Part shown: in pieces, positions 25,166 to 39,447 of the stretch
How the letters are laid out: each line of letters starts with the position of its first letter
Position numbering within the stretch: the stretch's first letter is position 1
DNA from: Eledone cirrhosa
Lineage: Eukaryota
Reading direction: 5' to 3'
Assembly: GCA_964016885.1 (NCBI GenBank)
Contig: OZ024743.1
Span: 317,068,001 to 317,132,000 of the forward strand
DNA length: 64,000 nucleotides
Program-made: the position numbers and the translations under genes
The notes under the pieces: model-generated
What the model was told of the DNA's origin: nothing
Seen by the model: the letters and a program-made list of their open reading frames with translations, nothing else
Database searches by the model: none

Positions 25166-26444
25166 TTACAGAAGCAGTTCTTTGTTTATTTATAACATTT
25201 TTTTAACAGTTACAGGGTCCAAGGTTTTCAGATAAATATAAACACTTAGGTGGTGTTTGGAACATAACTTAATAAAAGTTCTTACATAGAATTATGATGG
25301 TTTTCAGATAAATGTAAACACTGTATTCATCATCATCATCACCGTTTAACATCCATTTTTCCATGCTAGCATAGATTAGATGAGTTGTCCCGTTGTGAGA
25401 CAAGTCAGGTCAGGTGAGTGTGTCTTGCTCATACAGAACTGATTCTGGCTTGATTTCTAAAGCCAACCACATAATGTGTACATCTAACTTTTCTATTTTT
25501 AACCTGGTGTTTGGAACATAACTTAACAAAGGTTCTTACATAGAATTTTGATGGAAGGTTTTCAAATAAACATAAACATTTTAAAACAAACAAATAATTA
25601 ATTTAAAATGTGGGGTTTTGTATCATAGAATCATGAACAGTTTCAGGCAGCTTAATATACAAAGGGTTAAAGTTATTCATTGGTCTACTAGATATATTCT
25701 TTTGCCATATTTGTTAAGTCTTTCATTACTGTATTTCTAATGAAATACACTGTATTTTAATTAATTAATAAAGAATTTGGAAAGGATTTACTAAAATTAT
25801 AATTTCATTTAGATAATATTTGTAGCATAGAAAAATGTTCTCAATATAATCTCCTTATAATATATAACCAGCAATTTCTCTGTCTGTCTGTCCGACAGTG
25901 GAAACACGTGCGCGCGTGGTTGCTATCTCTCTCTCTCTCTCTCCAGCTATCCCTCTCTTTTAGTCTGTCTGTTTCTCTCACTCTCACTCTTTCTCTTTGT
26001 AACACACTAACATTCCTCCCCTCTATCGCTGGAACGAATGGGGAGAAGGAGGAGGAGGAGGAGAGAGTCACTTCGTCACTTCACCTCTGCCTTTCTTTCT
26101 CTCCTCTCTCACTCCCTCATTACGTACAGACATTAGGGCGGTGGATTGACAGAATCTGTAGAGAGTCGGACACCATGCTTCATAGCATAGAGTTACGTCC
26201 CTTTACGGTCTGAGTTCAAATACCGCCGAGGTTAACTTTGCCTTTCATCCTCACGGGGTCGATAAAATAAAGTACCAGTAATGTACTGGGTAATTGCTGG
26301 CCTTGTGCCAAAAGTAGAAACAATTATTAGAAACATTGCTCCATTTTTACATATCTAAACATTAGTAAAATAACTAATAATTTCAAAAGTAATTTTTCAA
26401 TTCCAATTGTTATGAACAGCAAAACATTAATAATAATTTTGTTC

Positions 26445-26571
26445 TAAGAAATATATATACATTTCTGTGTGTGTAATATATATATATATACACACACAGA
26501 AATATATATACATTTCTGTGTGTGTAATATATATATATACACACAGAAATATATATACATTTCTGTGTGTG

Positions 26572-26624
<53 letters not shown>

Positions 26625-26632
26625 GAAATATA
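26445..26632. repeat. Tandem repeat of a palindromic unit
   Basis: CACACAGAAATATATATACATTTCTGTGTG separated by variable (TA)n. Confidence 0.85.
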
Positions 26633-27161
26633 TGGGCATTTCTCTGTTTGTCTGTCCTTCCCTAAAACTCAAATGTAGGTGCTACAGAAATATTACCTTC
26701 CCCTTCCTTTCTCCACTTTGGTACTACAAAGAGAAACACTGTCGCTATAGAAACATTACCTTCCCCTCTCCACTGACTTTGGTCACTGAGGCCGAGGGAA
26801 TCGCTGGTTGTTATAGAGACACCTTGCACAAGCCAGAAGTAACCAGTTCGAGGCGGTTCTGACTTGACACCATGCCAAGGACCATTTGAAGATATATTTC
26901 CATCGTTATATCATAACGTTTATGTATCATAACGTTTATATTTCCGTCACTAATCTCTTTTTCTCCTTTTTCGTTTTAACATATATTTATTTCAAAGATT
27001 TTACCGTATAGATAACATATATATTTATACATGCATAAAAGACACACCGAGAGACGGTGAACATGTGGTTCCGAAAACATTTCTCATCCAAATCTCAACA
27101 ATATCAGTATATACACTAGATTTGCTAGCAGAAAACTGCCCACCGGTTGGTTTTCTGCTAG

Positions 27162-28179
27162 TCTGTATATATATAAAATTAAGTATGTGTGTGTGTGTCT
27201 GTGTGTCTGTGTATTACCTATAGGGGCCTACATCTTACGACCGATTTTCATGAAACTTTAAAGGCTCATAGATTAGTCATCGAGGAGTTTTTTCTATATA
27301 TCAGCATATCGTTTTTTTATTCCGAGGTCATTCTGCAGATAAAAATCGATAGGGGAGGTCACCTTTTCTTAGGTATCAAAAAATAAGATTTTTGGCTCTA
27401 GCTCCCACATTTTGCCACCAATTTCGTTCAAATTTTAAAGCAAAATAGAATTTATCATTGCACATCCTGTAATGGCTTTATATTTTGCATTTGCTGTTCA
27501 GGGACGGCGTGGCAGCCACTTAAATATTCAAAAATACCACTTTTAGACTCAAATTTCCACTTTTTCGGCTCGCGCTCCCACATTAATCAACCTACTTTGT
27601 TCAAATTTTACACTACGCTAGATCTGATTATTTCACGTCTTAAAGTGGCTTTACATTTTGGATTTTTTGTTCAGGAACGGTGTGGCAGCCGCTTAAATAT
27701 TCGAAAATGCCACCTTTTCACTCAAATTTCTGCCTTTTCGGCTCTAGCTCCCACATTTTTCAACCGATTTCGTTCAAATTCGAAACTTCGGCTCCACCTC
27801 ACACATAAATCAATTTATTTGGTTCAACTTTTATACTACGATAGAACCTATCATTGCACATCTTATAGATGGTCAAAGGCAAAATGATGGCCACTGATGT
27901 CGTCTGAGCTTTTAGTTGTGTATTTGAGAATTCATCGGTTTCCAATCAAGTAGCGTGAGGAAATTTGGCTTAGTGTTAGAGGTCATTACCTCCCTCCCCC
28001 AGCATGCCCCTTCGTCAGTCACCCGCGTTTCTCGGTGATAGAGGTCATCACCACTCTCCTCCGCATGGCCTGTGTGTGACCATAGATGAGTCATAGAGAA
28101 GGAGTCGCTAAGATCAACACCTTTTCATCAAAGCAGATATTATTTTACCTACCCAGGCAACGCTAGGTACTGCTGCTAG
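27162..28179 (+). mobile_element. Non-autonomous Helitron, preceded by another Helitron 3' end (~26630-27161)
   Basis: Starts TCTGTATATATATAAAA and ends CCCAGGCAACGCTAGG..CTGCTAG|T. Confidence 0.82.
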
Positions 28180-29271
28180 TCTTATATAAAATTATGTTGA
28201 AAAGTTTTAATTTAAGTAAGAGCCCTTTAAAATGGGTTGATTTGTTTTGTTGGAACAGAATTAGTTTTGGACAGGTTGATATTAAAAGGATTAAACTAGA
28301 AACATTTTTTTCAAGTGTTTTGGGAGTCAGTCTCTCTGTTGGAGTAGGGGTTAGTCCTGCAGACTCTCATGTGATTTTTTTTCTGTTTTTTTTTTCTTTT
28401 TTATCCTCTTCCTGGTGCCAACCCTTTTGGTCACCTCTTACGAGACACACAGATATAGTGTACCTATTCTTATTCTAAACTGGATATAAATGGTATTGTC
28501 TGGATACAAACTTGAAATTATTCTTGAGATAAGAGACTTTCCTTAAGATAAACAACATTCCATGTTTCCACTACATGGTCATAAGATCTTCACTGAAGTC
28601 TAAAGATAATGTTTCTATTAATACTAAAATGAATTTGCGATGATTTGGGCTGTATTTGTTATCTAAACTACTACTAACAATATATATGTAGGAAGGTTGT
28701 CAAATTTGCAACACTGGCCTCTTCCTACTTTATGTATGCCTTTTCTGCAGACATTGACCTACAGAGTTTCAAATAAGACATTGGTTAACTTGGGGCTATA
28801 GTAGATATTTGTTCAATGTTCTAAGCTATGGGAACAGAATCTGAAACCAAATAGTCATGTCTACAATTGAAATTATCCTACCTATCACAGGAACATTAAT
28901 AATTGTTTGAAATTTAGGCACAAGGCCAGTACGTTATTTTACCAACACCAGAAGAATGAAAGGCAAAGTTGATCTTGGCAGGATTTGAACTCAGAATGTG
29001 ACTAAATGCTACAACACATTTTGTCCAATGCTCCAACAATTTTATTTATCTGCCACCATCACAAAAGTATTAATTATATGAGCTAAAGGATAACTTATGT
29101 TTTAAAATGAAGCAAATAAAACCATGTTTGACTTAACAAATTTATATTTTAATGATTATCATCATCATCATTTTTACATCCATTTTTCCATGCTTGCACG
29201 GATTGGGTGGATCTTGTGTGTGCACAGGTGAAACTCCAGAGTAACAAGACTCACTACTTAGCCATAATAAA

Positions 29272-29365
<94 letters not shown>

Positions 29366-30456
29366 CTAAACATAGGTTTGTTAAAGTTTGGTGAAGAAAA
29401 TGAATACTACTTATTTTGTGTGTGAAACAAAAGGTTATGCTGTAGTATAAATAATAAAACAGGTTATGTAATGATATAAACAATACAAACTTGATTAATA
29501 TTGTGGAAGATAACATTACTATTAAGTAAAACTAACTGAAATTACAATTAGTTGTTTTTCATGAACTATTTACTCTTTTTTTTTTCTTGTCATCACTATC
29601 ACACTAATAATAGTACACATGATACTCATGATCCATTCGACTCCCATGACCTTTCAAACCCACCCCAATATATTTTGGCAGCTAAATCTACATAAAAAAA
29701 TTACTTTCCTTTGAAGAATTAAATATTTGTTTCAAAGTCTGATGAAAATTCTAGCCTATATAAAAACCAGGTCTGTTCCACTCTAAAATACAGATATCCC
29801 ATGAAAGAGATTTCTAAAATAATATCATTGCTTCATCTTGTTATATACTACACTACACTCTAAACTTCCCATCACACCTCCTTAAATTCCATCATTACTG
29901 TGATGTATGTATTGTGTGTCTGTGTGTGTTGTGTTTTGTGTGTGTGTGTAAGGTGTGTTCTGTATTCTGTGTTGTGTGTGTTTTGTGCGTGTGTATGTGT
30001 GTGTTTTGTGCGTGTGTTGTGTGTGTCCCTTTTACTTCCCATTATCAGTTTAACAATGACCAGTGTCCAGACCAACTCTCACATTGATATGATAATTTTG
30101 ACACCAAGAAATACATAAATGTTAAGTGGTCTTCAATGGATGAAAGTAAAGTTCCACGATGTAATAGCATTTATATTAATCCTATAATCATCATCATCAT
30201 CATTATCATTTTCATCATCATCTTCAACATCATCTGCATAACCATCATCATCATCATATTCATCATCATCATTGCCAACACCATCATCATCATCTTTGAA
30301 ATGAAGGTCAAATCATGGATATATTTAATATATCATGCATAGTTTGTCTAGCTAGATTTATTTGATATGTTAAGTTTAGTGAAGAAACTAAACATCAATT
30401 ATTCTCTTTCCATAAAACAACTGGTTATGTACTAGTGTATTACTAATGTACGAGAG

Positions 30457-30775
30457 CAGGGGTTCTCAACCTGGTCCATGTGGACCACTAGTGGTCCACA
30501 GGAAAATTCAGGTGGTCCACAGAAAATTTTCTGACATGCATTTGACTTAAAGCGCTGTTCTTATTCTTCACATAAGTACGACTTCAGCTGTTTATTTGCG
30601 TAGATTTTTAGGCACTGCGACATGATAATAGCATTTTCTAATTCATTGAAAAAAAACATCTACTGATGCTTATAAGTAGCAGTTCTATTACAAAAGATTT
30701 AAAAGTTTAGGTGGTCCACAGGAAAAAATTACTTATTTTGGTGGTCCACAACGAAAAAAAGGTTGAGAATCCCTG
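30457..30775. mobile_element. hAT-type MITE
   Basis: TIRs CAGGGGTTCTCAACC and GGTTGAGAATCCCTG, 8-bp TSD TACGAGAG/TACTAGAG, subterminal GTGGTCCAC repeats. Confidence 0.88.
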
Positions 30776-32129
30776 TACTAGAGTACTGCTAATGTACTAT
30801 TGTACGATTCATATGTGTTTAGTGTGTTTTGAGCAATTACTAACAGATTGTTCAGAAATGTTTTCTCTGTGTATGAATTACATTTACTGGTTTAGGATTG
30901 AGTTTGCACACTAACCAAAGACAGGCAGTTTCTTAATAACACCAATATAGAATATATATTGTTGTTGTAGATTATATATTGGTTTTGAAAGAGTTAAAAA
31001 GGATCTTCAGTTGTCTCTAAGACATGACAACCTCCCTACTGCCAGTGCCATGATAAAATGTACCCAGTACACTCTGTAAAGTATTAGTGTTGGTACAATG
31101 GTGAAATAAACAAAGTACACTCTGTAAAGTGGTGTCATGATGAAATGAACTCAGTACACACTGTAAAGTGGTAGTGCTGATTCCATGATAAAATTAACCC
31201 AGTACACACTGTAAAGTTGTAGTGCTGATGCATCTATAAAATGCACTCAGTATACTCTGTAGTTTGTGTTAAGGAGGGCATACAGCCTTAGAAACCATGT
31301 AAAACAAAGGATTGAGAGGACTCTTCAGTTGTATCAAGGACATGACAATTTCCCTAGTACTGGTGTTATGCACCCAGTACACTCTGTAAAGGGGTTGATG
31401 ACAAGTATTTTATTTTATCAAGCCCAAAAAGATAAGAAATACAAATTTGATGTTAGCAGGATTTGAACTCAAAACAAATATTATGAGACATTTTGTGTAA
31501 TGTTTCTACTGATTTTGCTAATAATAACGTTAATAATAGTAATTTAAGTAGAAAGGAAATACAAAGCAAATCTTTCTGAAACCTACCAACTAGAAAAGGT
31601 TTATGTGAAAATGTTGATATGATTAAATGACATAACATTATATATGGTAATTACTGATTGACACAACAAAAAGCCCCTGTATGGGGGTTGTGTTGTTGAC
31701 ACAACAAAAAGCACCCCGTCTACACTGTAATGTGGTCATGCTGGTGACACGATGAAAACGGACTCAGTCCACCCTGTCAGTTGGTTATTTTGGTGACACA
31801 ACCAAAAGCACTTAGTTCACCCTATAAATTGGTTGTGTTGGTGATGACATCCATGCACACTGTGCTGAGGTCATAGTGATGACACAATGAAAATGTACCC
31901 AGTCAATCATGTCAGTTGGTCATTTTGGTGCTAGTTCATACTTTAATGTGGTTGATGTTAGGAAGGACATTCAGCCATAGAAACCAAGCCAGAAACAGTT
32001 CTGTACAAGAAGGACATGGTCACCTGATCTGACTTGTCACACAATGGGACAACTTGTCTAGGCCATACTAGCATGGAAAAATGGATATTAAATGGTGATG
32101 ATCATGATGCTAATTGGAGTTGTATAAAT

Positions 32130-32356
32130 GATATAAAAAGTGTTAAAACAGAGATGGTTTCAGGTGGTTTAATATAGAAAGGGTTAAAAGTGGAGGTGGT
32201 TTCAGTTGGTTTGTCATAAAAACTGTTAAAAGCAGAGGTTGTTTCAGTTGGTTTGATATAAAAAGGGTTAAAAGCAGAGGTTGTTTCAGTTGGTTTGATA
32301 TAAAAAGGGTTAAAAGCAGAGGTGGTTTCAGTTGGTTTGTTATAGAAAGGGTTAAA
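32130..32356. repeat. ~41-bp tandem repeat built from a TTAA-MITE terminus
   Basis: AAAGGGTTAAAAGCAGAGGTTGTTTCAGTTGGTTTGATATA, about 5 copies. Confidence 0.85.
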
Positions 32357-32854
32357 AAAAATAAAATAAAATATCTTCCAGCAATGATTATAAAGTCATT
32401 ATTTAATTAAAAGAACACGCACGCATGAATTGTCCATGTTGTAATCACATAGAACTTCAACGGTTAGATTAGCTAGAACAATAGAAATGTCTTCTCTGTT
32501 TACTTTATTTCTTTGTTTGTTAGCAGCTGTAGGGAATTAAGTGAAACACTTTTAGTTCAATTAGAACAGTAATTAATAATAAGGGGGTAAAATGTAGCAG
32601 GAAGAAGAAGAGCATATTGTAGGAGATTACCTGCTTTCAATGAATGGTATTGTTATGTAATTATTGCATATAAGTAGGGCTCAAATCAAATATAACTTGT
32701 TTTTTTTTAAATTCTTTTATTTTAATATTCTTTTACTGGTTTCAGTCATCAGACTGTGGCCATGTTGGGGCACACCTATAAACTACTTATTTTTCAAGTC
32801 TGGTACTTACTTTATCAGTCTTGTTTTGTTGAACTACTAAGTAAACACAGACAC

Positions 32855-32889
<35 letters not shown>

Positions 32890-33044
32890 CACCATCATCA
32901 TCATCATTTAACATCTGCTTTCTATGGAAGTTAATTAAGTATTACAATGACTAATAACAAAAACAACTCTTTATAAACCATTGGATTATTAAAGCATATC
33001 AAACACTAGTAAAATCTCTCTTCTCTTTTTTCATATATATATAT

Positions 33045-33393
33045 ATCATCATCATTTTTCATCATTTCATTTTACGTCCGCTTTTTCCCTGTTTGCAAGG
33101 GTGGGACGGGAACTGATTTTGGCTTGATTTCTACAGCTGGATGCCCTTCCTAACACCAACCTCATTTACAGTGAGTGCTGGGTGCTTTTTTGCCGTGGCA
33201 CCTCCACGACCACTTTGCAGTGAATGATAGGCACCCCAGTCCCTATCATCTCATTTCTACAGCTGAGTAAACTGGAGCAATGTGAAATAAAGTGTCTTGC
33301 TCAAGGAAACAACACATCACCCGGTCTGAGAATTGAACTCACAACCTTTCGATTGCAAGGCCAATGCTCTAACCACTAAGCCATGTGCCTCCA
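33045..33393 (-). mobile_element. Same tRNA/CORE-like SINE family
   Basis: Closely similar to 2402-2847 and 58392-58744. Confidence 0.85.
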
Positions 33394-33523
33394 TATATAT
33401 ACATACAATTTGTATTGGTGCTCCTACATAGTGATATATAGGATGTTTATGAAAAACATTTGAAGGCCTTTCACTGTGAATTTTTAAGGTTGTGACCGTT
33501 GTCACATAAACATTATTCAATAT

Positions 33524-33600
<77 letters not shown>

Positions 33601-33750
33601 ATCAAAATAAAAACAACTTGATTCCATTGCTCTGTAAATAACTCAATGGAAGTAAGATTTAAAAAAAACCATTCCAGATAAAATAAAGTACCAGTAATGC
33701 ACTGGGATAATTGCTGGCCTTGTGCCAAAAGTAGAAACAATTATTAATAT

Positions 33751-33854
<104 letters not shown>

Positions 33855-34488
33855 TATATATATATATACACAAGTATTTTCAGGATATTTTTCCTACTAA
33901 AACATTGTGAGCCTAATAGCAGGCTTTATATTCATCATGTGCCCATTTTGGGGCAATGGTTTAGGATCAAACACTCTTGCTAGTATCAACTTTTAGTCAC
34001 TTCTTTGGCTAATCCTTCTCTTTGTATAGTTTCCCTGGTGATAGGTTTGAAATGAAAAGATTTAGAATACTGTGTATGGAGTACTATAGTAATTAAATTA
34101 AAATAAGTGTTTGCCAAATTTATTTGTATGCTATTAATTTTTAAAGGATTGTTTTTTAATTATTGGCAGCAGATGTTGTAGAAGGTTCGGGCCAACTGTT
34201 TGAAGTGTGAAACCACTTTGTACATATTTGAAGTGTTTCAATGGAAATAATTTATCAGTATTTCAATTTAAAACTGGATTATTATTATATAAGAAACCAA
34301 TTAGTGATGACAACTCTTGAGAATAATGTCAAACACTAAGAACCTAGAAGAAGAAAATTATTATAAATGGTTTTTAGAATGAAGTAGGTTTTAACTTGTA
34401 CTTTTATACTAGGGTGTGAGAAAATAATTAAAATTCTCCTAACAAGCTTTGCAAATAATTTCGTTTTTCTTGTGTATGAAAATCTTAA

Positions 34489-35808
34489 CCCTTTAGCAAA
34501 TAAACCCGCCATATCCGGTCAGAACTCTCTCACCTCTTTCTGTTCAAACTGACTGTAACTGGCCACTCATACCTACATTAACCCTTTAATGTTCAAACCG
34601 GCCAAAACCGGCCAGAATTCTCTACCACTCTCTGTTGAAACTTGCTGTAACTGGTCACTTAAACTTATGTTAAGGTATTGTTCTCAAAATAAATACTTTC
34701 AAAATCTCATAGGTTCGATATTATGTAAGATAATTATGCGAGGTAAAGCCTTTACTATGAAAATATAATCTATATATATATATAAAACTGAGGATGTCTG
34801 TCTGTGTGTGTGAGAGTTTGAATCCCTAAAACTCGAGAACTACCAAACCGATTGTTTTCAAACTTTACACATGTAATACTTATGTTTCATGGAGTGTTCT
34901 GAGCAAAAAGAATTTCAAATTTTCAATGCCCTAGGGATGGCATTAGGTGATTTAGCGATCTCTCTCTATAATTCTTAGTCTTTCTCTTTTTAGATAGATA
35001 CATACATATAACGTCGCGCCCTTATAATATCTGTCTGTATATCTGGCTGTCTACATTACGTCACTTCCCTGAGGTTGTGTGTGTGAGTTTGAATCCCTAA
35101 AACTCGAGAAGTACCCAACCGATTTTTTTCAAACTTTACATGCGTATTACTTATGTTTCAGGGAGTGTTATACACATGAAAAAATTCAACTTTTTATCTC
35201 CTAAGGCCTGCATTAGGTGAAAAACTGCGTTTTTTAAGGTTTTTAGGGGGTTTTTGAGGCGTTACGTCAGACCCATTTCCTTGAAATTGTAACTATGTAT
35301 TAGACAGTCTCTTCTTCATACCGTGGCCAACTTTTTTATAGCCTAGGTGAAAAACTTCATATTTTCAGCTTTTTGGGGCTTTTTGGAGGCGTTACGTCTA
35401 GCCGATTTTTCCCGAAATTTCAAGGCCTATTATGCACATAAAAAATTTATTTTCTTGATCCCCTAGGTGAAAACCTGCATTTTTCCTGCCTCACCGAGGA
35501 AAATCTTAAAGATTATCCAGCCGTCAGAGTATTCGGTTTATTTTCTTTACATATTGTCCAGGCATGCAGTTTTTCCATGATTAGGTCTGTTGGCGGCTCG
35601 CGTTCCAAAATACCTTATCCCATGCAACGCCGGGTACTACTGCTAGTAGGATATATAGAGTAATGTGAATACTAAAGGGTTAAGGTATTGTTCTCAAAAT
35701 AAATAACATCAAAATCTTGTAGATTCGATGCTATGTGACATAATAATGTAAGATAAAGACTTTACTGTGAAAATACAATAGTACGTATAGAATAATGTAA
35801 ATACTTAA
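34489..35808. mobile_element. Two nested piggyBac-type (TTAA) MITEs: inner 34582-35679, outer from 34489
   Basis: Inner element reads TTAA|CCCTTTAATGTTC...GAATACTAAAGGG|TTAA. The outer is a related copy interrupted at its internal TTAA. Confidence 0.8.
34769..35646 (+). mobile_element. Non-autonomous Helitron inserted in a piggyBac-type MITE
   Basis: A|TCTATATATA...CCCATGCAACGCCGGG..CTAG|T. An empty-site paralogue is visible at ~35760-35800. Confidence 0.9.
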
Positions 35809-37557
35809 ATATAAACATATGCTGCTTTTGCTATTTTACTAGGGATCTAAAGACTTTCTGATACCAAACTGCCAGTATGTATGTGTCTTTTTTCCTGTGT
35901 ATGAAAATTCTAAATATATACATGTACTGCTTTTGTTATTATACAAGGGGTCTAAAGCCCTTTTGATACCAAATTGCCTGTATGCATGTGTGTGTGTCTG
36001 TGTTTATGTCCCATGATTTAGCTGTTCGGCACGAGGAGATCAGTAAAATAAATGCCAGATATGAAAAATGAATTACTGAGATGAATATGGTTGACTAAAT
36101 CCTTTTAACATTTCCATGACCTTATTTCTAATGAAATATACTCTATTTCAATTAATTAATTAAGAATTTTGAAGGATTTACTAAAATTATTTTATTATTA
36201 AGATTGTAACTTAACGTATGGTTCTGATATAAAATTATGTTGGGAGATTTTTATTTACATAGGAACCCTTTAAGATGTGTGGTTTTGTTGCATAGAACCA
36301 GAGCTAGTGTTAACGATGATGAGCAGGATTACGGTGGTAGTAGTGTTGGTGATAATGATCACGATGAGGATAATGATGGTGGTGTTGGTGTTGATAATGG
36401 TGATCATGTTGGTGTTGGTTGTGGTGGTATTGATGATGGTAATGGTGTTGGTGGTGTTGATGATGGCGCTGATGTTAGTTGTGGTGGTGGTGGTGTTGTT
36501 GGTTGTGGTTATAAGGATTGTGGTGTTGATGATGATGGCGGTGTTGTTGTTGATTGTGGTGGTGGGGATGATGGTAGCGGCTATTTCGGTGGCTTGGAAA
36601 TAATAAGGTATTTTCATTGACAGATATAGAGATTTTAGAGGCCAGCTGTTTTATTGCAACCCCCTCCCTCACAGATATTTATATGTCTAGAATTCATAGA
36701 TAAACATCTGCTTGGTGTTTTGAATCAATAACACAACTTAAAATGCAGTCATATATGTAATATTTTGTCTGCTAAGAAAGTAAGTCCCTTGCTCTTGTGT
36801 AATCATAAGTGTTCTGTTTATCTGAGTAGATATGCAGGAATGGCTGTGTGGTCCAGTCCCACTGTATAGTACATTGGGCAACTGTCTTCTACAAATGGCG
36901 TTAGGTTGACCAATGCCTTGTGAGTAGAATTCGGTTGATAGAAACTGTTGAAGTTTGTTGTATACACATGCATATATATATAGGCGGCCGACCGAACTAG
37001 AAACTGCTAAATGTGTGGCCGCCTTCTTGTCTCTCTGCCTTTTAACCCCCATATATTATATTCCTTTGTTAAATTTCGAATACCTGATGATGTCACCGGA
37101 TTCATACTGAACCCAGTCATTGAAATGTTCATAATATAATAAACCTTTAAGGATTTACACCAGTCCAGCCTCCTGTTATTTTATAATATATATATATATA
37201 TTTATATATTGTTGAAAGAGGTAGAAGGCCATATATATATATATACTAATTCCACCCTGTATGCTGATCTGGTGCCACAACAACAACAGCACCCAGTCCA
37301 CCCTGTAAAGTGGTCATGTTGATGAGACAAGAAAAAGCACCCTGTCCACACTGTAACATGGTTGATGTTAGGAAGGGCATCCTGCCATAGAAACCAAGCC
37401 AAAATACAGATCTGTATGAGCATGCTGGTCTCATAACATGACAACTCGTCTAACCTATGCAAGCATGGAAAAATGGATGTGATGATAATGATTATATATA
37501 TGTATGCAAAAAGCAAATGGAACCAACAAAGCAAACACAGTACAATGCAGGAATATA

Positions 37558-37670
37558 CAAGATGGCCCAATAGTCACTAGACTAACTCTTTCATTTATTA
37601 AATATTCACATTTATTCTTTTATAAGCAATAAATACATTTTAATGATCTAGTGACTTTTGGGCCATCCTA
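37558..37670. mobile_element. Tc1/mariner-type MITE (related end at ~20738-20820)
   Basis: TA|CAAGATGGCCCAATAGTCACTAGA...TCTAGTGACTTTTGGGCCATCCTA|TA. Confidence 0.72.
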
Positions 37671-37704
37671 TATTGGTTTAGCGCTTGATATAGTAGTAAA
37701 AGAG

Positions 37705-37740
37705 TCTTTATGTTTCGGACTTTAGTCTTTCATCAGAAGA
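37705..37740 (-). ncRNA. Isolated minimal hammerhead remnant
   Basis: Minus strand: TCTT CTGATGA AA GACT-AA-AGTC C GAAA CA TA|AAGA. Stem I is TCTT/AAGA. Stem III CA is probably a decayed CG palindrome. Confidence 0.6.
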
Positions 37741-38380
37741 TAGAATGAAAAATAAAAGATGAACTAGAAAGACAGAGAGTGGGATGCAGGAATGGTAAAA
37801 TTTTTTTTAGAAAAAGCATGTATGTATTTGGCTATATATACATGCATGTATGCGTGGATCTTTGTTGACTTTTTGTTTACATACTATAACCTAACAGTTT
37901 GACAATAAAATATTGATAAAATAAGTACCAGATTTTGAACAAAAACTTAAATACTGAGATCAATATTATTGACTAAATCCTTTTAAGGTGATATCCCCCC
38001 TCCCTCACACACACACACCATTGCTATTGACTAATGACTGAAACCACTAAAAGAATAAAAGAATTTCACCTAAATGAACAGAATAGTATTAAGTTAATTA
38101 TGGATTAAACCTCTAAGACTCAGAATAAAATCCTCTGCTCAATTTAATCTGTTTTCTATTAATATGTGAAATAATTATTTTTACTTTTGGCACAAGGCCA
38201 GCAATTATCCCAGTGCATTACTGATGCTTTATTTTATCGACCCCGTAAGGATGAAAGGCAAAGTTAACCTCGGCGGGATACAGGGTTGATAAAATAAAGT
38301 AACAGTAATGCACTGGGTTGATTTTCCCTCCCCCAGAATTGTTGGCCTTGTGCCTAAATTAGGAACCATTATTATTATTA

Positions 38381-39250
38381 TCTATATGTCTGACTCCCTA
38401 AAACTCGAGAACCACCCAACCAATTTTTTTCAAACTTTACACGTGTAATACTTATGGTCGTGTAAGTGTTTTGAGCAAAAATTATTTCAAATGTTCAATG
38501 CCCTAAGGATCTCTCTCTATCTTTCTTAGTCTGTCTTTTTAGATAGATACATAGCTACAATGCCGCGCCCTTATAATATCTGTCTGTATGTCTGGCTGTC
38601 TGCATTATGACATTATGACACTATCTCTGTGTTTGTATATATGTATATATAGTGTGTATATATATATATATATAGTGTGTAACGTTTTTCGAAATATTTA
38701 CTTCTGCGTTCACAGATTGATTTTTTTAGTTTCAGAAGATCCCGTTAAGGGTGAAAGAAGCGATTCTTCGCTTAAACTTTAATCTGTTATTTTAATATAT
38801 ATATATATATAATTATTTATTCGTGTACAGATATTTTTGCATACACAATAACAAAATATAAACAAACGTATTTATTTCACGGGGCTCAATAAGGATAAAT
38901 ATATATCAAATATATAAGAACCCTAGAGCAAATATTGTTCTCATTGCTGACGAGGCAGAAGGGGATATACATGATTGGCTGAAGAAGGACGAGACTGTGT
39001 TAGTAGTACGACCAATGGCTGCTATCACACCAACAGCAGCGAAAACAACAACAAAAAGAGAGGTAACACAATTACATGCTTTTGAAAAATCTTAATGGAA
39101 AATTATTTGCCTATTCACCCAAGGCGACTTCACTTTTTATTAGGACTTCTGCATCAATTGGTGAACATACGACGAAACTGTTTCAGAAAGGAGGGATAAA
39201 CATGTCAATCTATGTTTAGAATCCTGAGCAACGCCGGGCCATTCTGCTAG
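38381..39250 (+). mobile_element. Non-autonomous Helitron inserted in a SINE (ATT)n tail
   Basis: A|TCTATATG...CCTGAGCAACGCCGGG..CTAG|T. The 5' 200 bp are similar to 34820-35060. Confidence 0.88.
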
Positions 39251-39447
39251 TTATTATCTAAAGGGTCGTGGATTGGCAGAATTGGCTGAATGTCAAATAG
39301 CATGCTTTACGACATACAGTTACGTCCCTTTACGTTCTGAGCTCAAATCCAGCCGAGGTTAGTTTGCCTTTCATCCTTACAAGGTTGATACAATAAAGTA
39401 CTAATTACACACTGGGGTCGATTTAATTGACTTTCCTCTTCCCCCAA

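Noticed and set aside
32735-32760. CTGATGA-CT-GAAAC on the minus strand
   Set aside because: There is no stem II. It is a point variant of a common retroposon tail (CTAATGACTGAAAC at ~38031).
36237-36620. Asp/Gly-, Val/Met- or Thr/Ile-rich ORFs (also 42238-43017, 53435-53872, and the YI/HT-repeat ORFs)
   Set aside because: These are translations of degenerate micro- and minisatellites.
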